DNA from: Candidatus Woesearchaeota archaeon
GTDB lineage: Archaea > Nanobdellota > Nanobdellia > Pacearchaeales > GW2011-AR1
NCBI GenBank assembly: GCA_964530955.1
Contig: CAZHCL010000006.1
Span: 28,448-46,645 of the forward strand
Length of the DNA: 18,198 nucleotides
Direction of reading: 5' to 3'
The notes below the pieces were generated by a model. That model saw only the letters and a list, made by a program, of their open reading frames with translations. It was not told the origin of the DNA and made no database searches. This document shows, piece after piece, positions 15,098 to 18,198 of the stretch. Each line of letters opens with the position of its first letter. Position 1 is the first letter of the stretch. Made by a program: the position numbers and the translations under genes.

Positions 15098-15147
15098 ACA
15101 AGAAATAGGAGAAAAGGGTTTATAGAGATTATGTTGATTTCTTACAT

Positions 15148-15420
15148 TTATCCGAAAGCTCTTCGATAATCTTCAATTGCGACTGAGGAAACATGTTCTA
15201 TTGAAGATAGAAGTGATTCTACTTTATCAGTTCCTTTTTCTTCAGGAAGATCTGTTTTCATTATTAATGCTTTCAATCCGAAGGCAATAGGTCTCTCTTC
15301 AAATGAAAGGTTTTTTGCTCCTTCATTCTGCATAAGAGAAGTAGCTTTTTTCTTTATTTCATCTAAGCTTGCTTCAAGAGAATCAGGAAGGATTTTTACT
15401 ATTAAAACAATTGTAGCCAT
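15148..15420 (-). CDS. ef1b: Archaeal translation elongation factor 1-beta
   Basis: IVKILPDS...EERPIAFGLKALIM...GTDKVESLLSSIEHVSSV; 90 aa; TATA at 15450-15442. Confidence 0.95.
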   Translation of the reverse strand: MATIVLIVKILPDSLEASLDEIKKKATSLMQNEGAKNLSFEERPIAFGLKALIMKTDLPEEKGTDKVESLLSSIEHVSSVAIEDYRRAFG

Positions 15421-15479
15421 GATAAAGGCTAATAAAAATCCTTTATAAATCTGTTGTTTATAACAGAGAAAAATAAGTT

Positions 15480-15500
15480 AAAAAAAATAAAAAATAAAAA
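15480..15500 (-). terminator. Oligo-T tract, archaeal-type terminator of the 46-aa membrane protein gene
   Basis: The minus strand reads TTTTTATTTTTTATTTTTTTT 7 nt after the TAA at 15508. Confidence 0.6.
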
Positions 15501-15507
15501 TTTGTAT

Positions 15508-15648
15508 TTATTTGCTTGATAAGCAGCCAATTCCTCCAATGACGGCAACTACACCGCCAATGAAAGCTAGCCACGCAGCAGGCATCCACTGACCGATAAC
15601 TGAAATTACTCCGCCAATGATTGCGAGCCATGCTCCCCAACTTGCCAT
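15508..15648 (-). CDS. Small 2-TM membrane protein (46 aa) with an internal duplication
   Basis: MASWGAWLAIIGGVISVIGQWMPAAWLAFIGGVVAVIGGIGCLSSK*. AAAGGAGG SD 11 nt upstream and a T-tract downstream. Replaces the out-of-frame track ORF 15458-15679. Confidence 0.85.
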   Translation of the reverse strand: MASWGAWLAIIGGVISVIGQWMPAAWLAFIGGVVAVIGGIGCLSSK

Positions 15649-15792
15649 TGTTATGAATTCCTCCTTTCAATAGAAACAATCATGTGTATATTAATAATAT
15701 AGGATATTTAAATCTTCGGTTCGTGTTAATTAAAAGGGTTTATGGTCCTTCAGAATCCAAATACTTTTAAATTCAATTTAGGTCTGAAAGTG

Positions 15793-16728
15793 ATGGATAA
15801 TTATGTTGCTTTGATTGAAAGGATTTCTAGGGCTTCGGGATTGAGTAAAGAAGAGCTTGAAAAGAAGGTTGAAGGAAAGAGAGCAAAGCTTTCTGGTCTT
15901 GTTTCCAAGGAAGGAGCAGCGCAGATAATCGCTGCAGAGCTTGGAATTAATTTTGAGAAAGAAAAAATGAAAATTTCTGAGATTGCACAGGGAATGAAAA
16001 GAGTAAATCTTGCTGCTAAAATAGTTGATATCTCTCCCGTAAGAAGTTATAACAAATCTGGAAGAGAAGGAAAGGTTGTAAATTTAATGATAGCTGACCA
16101 GACTGGAAATGCAAAAGCAGTTTTGTGGGATAGTAATCATATAGGGCTGATAGAGCAGGCTAAAATAAAGGTTGGAGATGTGATTGAGCTTTCAAATGCT
16201 CAAATAAGGAATGGGGAATTACACTTAGGTTCCTTTTCTGACTTTAAACTTAGCAAAGAGAACATTGGAGAGGTCGTGACTAAGAAAATGTTTACTTCAA
16301 AGAAGCTCAAGGATGTGAATAGCGGAGAAAGTTTGAGGGCAAGGGCAGTCATTGTTCAGCTTTTTGAGCCTAGATACTTTGAAGTCTGTCCTGAATGCGG
16401 AAGGAGAGTATTGGAAGAGGAGTGCAAGGTTCATGGAAAGGTAGTTCCAAAGAAGAAAGCATTGCTTAATGTTGTTCTGGATGATGGAAGCGATTCAATA
16501 AGGTCAGTTATGTTTGGAGAGACTATTTACAATCTGGGATTGAATGAGGAGGAAGTATTCAATATTGAGAAGTTCATGGAAAAGAAGAAAGCAATTCTTG
16601 GAGAAGAGAAGATATTCTCAGGAAACATAAGGACGAATGCTCTTTACAATACTTCTGAGTTTAATATTGAGCAGATTGAGGAGCTTAATGTTGATACTTT
16701 GCTCAAAGAGCTTGAAGCTAAGAAATAA
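15793..16728 (+). CDS. rpa: Replication protein A / single-stranded DNA-binding protein (OB folds plus Zn finger); start moved to 15793
   Basis: OB-fold strings VNLAAKIVDISPVRSY...IADQTGNAKAVLWD and VVLDDGSDSIRSVMF. Zn site CPEC-x8-CKVH. TTTTAAA at 15764-15770 fits ATG 15793. Confidence 0.88.
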   Translation: MDNYVALIERISRASGLSKEELEKKVEGKRAKLSGLVSKEGAAQIIAAELGINFEKEKMKISEIAQGMKRVNLAAKIVDISPVRSYNKSGREGKVVNLMIADQTGNAKAVLWDSNHIGLIEQAKIKVGDVIELSNAQIRNGELHLGSFSDFKLSKENIGEVVTKKMFTSKKLKDVNSGESLRARAVIVQLFEPRYFEVCPECGRRVLEEECKVHGKVVPKKKALLNVVLDDGSDSIRSVMFGETIYNLGLNEEEVFNIEKFMEKKKAILGEEKIFSGNIRTNALYNTSEFNIEQIEELNVDTLLKELEAKK

Positions 16729-16774
16729 TTTTTGTTTTAATAAGATTTAAATCTCTGATTTTACTAGACTAATA

Positions 16775-17224
16775 ATGATGTTCAGGACTCATATGGCTAT
16801 CGGGGTGATGCTTGCACTGATATTTTTGCCTGCGGTTACTCATAAATGGACTTTCATAATTGTACTACTTGTTTGCACTTTACTTCCTGATATCGATATG
16901 AGTCAGTCTTATCTTGGGAAACATAAAATTTTAAGACCAATACAATGGTTTGTTAAACACAGAGGAGTTTTCCATAGCTTTACTCTTGCGATAGCTGTTG
17001 CACTCATATTTGCATTTTACATTCCTATTCTTGCTCTTCCTTTCTTTTTAGGATATGCTGGTCATCTTATTGGGGATGCTGTTACGAATGAGGGAATAAG
17101 ACCTTTCTGGCCATTCAAGGATGAAATAAGGTGGAAGATAACTACAAATGGCAAGAGTGAGAAAATAATATTTTATGTTATTGTAATTATTAATATTGTT
17201 TTATTGATTAGTTTTTTCATCTGA
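16775..17224 (+). CDS. Membrane-bound metal-dependent hydrolase (YdjM/DUF457-like)
   Basis: THMAIG, LLPDID, HRGVFHS, HLIGD..T..GI..FWP motifs with TM helices. Confidence 0.9.
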   Translation: MMFRTHMAIGVMLALIFLPAVTHKWTFIIVLLVCTLLPDIDMSQSYLGKHKILRPIQWFVKHRGVFHSFTLAIAVALIFAFYIPILALPFFLGYAGHLIGDAVTNEGIRPFWPFKDEIRWKITTNGKSEKIIFYVIVIINIVLLISFFI

Positions 17225-17266
17225 TTTTTTAAAAATAGACCAACTGTATTCTGGATTGATATAATA

Positions 17267-17274
17267 TTTATAAA
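17267..17274 (+). promoter_or_regulatory. TATA box of radA
   Basis: TTTATAAA 23-30 nt before ATG 17297. Confidence 0.65.
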
Positions 17275-17296
17275 GCCAGAAGTTTGAAAATACTCT

Positions 17297-18198
17297 ATGG
17301 CAAAAGGTGAAGAGGAAAAAGAGGAGGTGGTTGAGGTTAAGGAAGGGCATCCTGAAATGAAAATTACTGATGTTCCCGGAATTGGTCCTGGAATAGCTGC
17401 AAAGCTTGAAGCTGCAGGCATTTATGATTTAATGGGTCTTGCGGTCATGTCTCCTTCTGTCCTTGCTGATACTGCTGGAGTTGGAGAGGCTGTTGCAAGA
17501 AAAGCTATTCAGGCGGCAAGAGGAATGATGAGTCTTGGATTTATGTCTGGAGATGAATTTGCAAAGAAAAGAGAGGATGTGATTTATATTTCTACAGGAT
17601 CAACCAATTTGAACAATCTTCTTGGGGGAAAAGGGGTAGAATCAAGGGCACTGACAGAAGCTTACGGTGCATTTGGAAGTGGCAAAACACAGCTAGGATT
17701 GACTCTAGCTGTGAATGTCCAACTTCCTAAGGAGCAGGGAGGAGCAAATGCAAAAGCTGTTTTTATAGATACAGAAGGCACTTTTAGACCTCAGAGAATA
17801 AGACAGATAGCTGAGGGGATAGGAGCGAATCCAGACAAAGTGCTTAAGAATATTTTGGTTGCAAGAGCTTTTAATTCTGATCATCAGATACTTCTTCTTG
17901 ATAAGATAAATGAGATGATAAAAGCAGGCGAACCAATCAAATTAGTTATTATTGACTCTTTAACTGCTCACTTCAGGGCAGAGTTTACTGGAAGAGGAGA
18001 ACTTGCTGATAGGCAGCATAAACTTAACAGATATTTGCACCAGTTGATTAGACTTGCTGAGCAGCATAATCTTGCTGTTTATGTGACTAATCAGGTTATG
18101 GCTAATCCTGCGATGATGTTTGGAGATCCAACAACTGCAGTAGGAGGCAATATTGTTGCCCATGCTTCTACTTACAGAATGTATTTCAGAAGAGGAAA
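17297..18198 (+). CDS. radA: DNA repair and recombination protein RadA (partial, 3' end off the window)
   Basis: Hand translation: HhH domain [19 protein letters not shown], Walker [23 protein letters not shown], Walker [50 protein letters not shown] at 17267-17274. No intein in the visible part. Confidence 0.97.
   Translation, partial: MAKGEEEKEEVVEVKEGHPEMKITDVPGIGPGIAAKLEAAGIYDLMGLAVMSPSVLADTAGVGEAVARKAIQAARGMMSLGFMSGDEFAKKREDVIYISTGSTNLNNLLGGKGVESRALTEAYGAFGSGKTQLGLTLAVNVQLPKEQGGANAKAVFIDTEGTFRPQRIRQIAEGIGANPDKVLKNILVARAFNSDHQILLLDKINEMIKAGEPIKLVIIDSLTAHFRAEFTGRGELADRQHKLNRYLHQLIRLAEQHNLAVYVTNQVMANPAMMFGDPTTAVGGNIVAHASTYRMYFRRG

Noticed and set aside
15458-15679. Track ORF 15458-15679 (-)
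   Set aside because: Wrong frame; the SD, the TM hairpin and the terminator all fit 15508-15648.
17173-18163. Track ORFs 17173-17421 and 17960-18163 (-)
   Set aside because: Antisense to radA.
1-18198. Genome-wide reassignment of TAG to an amino acid
   Set aside because: TAG ends the kinase-like (after YFRKR), GNAT and wHTH genes at natural-looking C-termini, with nothing meaningful in frame afterwards. Only conditional readthrough remains possible.
1-18198. CRISPR array, tRNA/rRNA, IS element, intein in RadA or the ATPase
   Set aside because: No regularly spaced repeats, cloverleaf, transposase or terminal inverted repeats seen; the RadA and ATPase motifs are contiguous.

Overview
This is an AT-rich archaeal chromosome segment. 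It is most likely from a DPANN/Nanobdellota archaeon of the Pacearchaeota/Woesearchaeota type, an inference from archaeal RadA, aEF-1beta, RPA, class III signal peptides, an 'LTGNVI' membrane tail and mostly leaderless genes. The main content is a dispersed but apparently complete type IV pilus-like system: a 752-aa VirB11/PilB/FlaI-family ATPase (2116-4374), a 719-aa double-TadC/GspF platform protein on the opposite strand (4849-7008), ten consecutive class III signal-peptide genes (8000-13448) and an A24 prepilin peptidase (13663-14526). The ORF track missed two micro-pilins (8000-8164, 8961-9104) and a pilin split by an in-frame TAG (12302-12769). It also missed a partial Q/Y-rich coiled-coil gene (<1-740), a 44-aa basic ORF, a 46-aa duplicated-helix membrane protein and the partial radA (17297->18198). 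Also present are a membrane-anchored candidate atypical kinase just upstream of the ATPase, a GNAT, an orphan winged-helix protein and a HIT protein without its histidine triad. The right end is housekeeping (EF-1beta, RPA, YdjM-like hydrolase, RadA). I saw no rRNA, tRNA, CRISPR array, intein or mobile element. All assignments come from reading motifs by eye; no searches were run.
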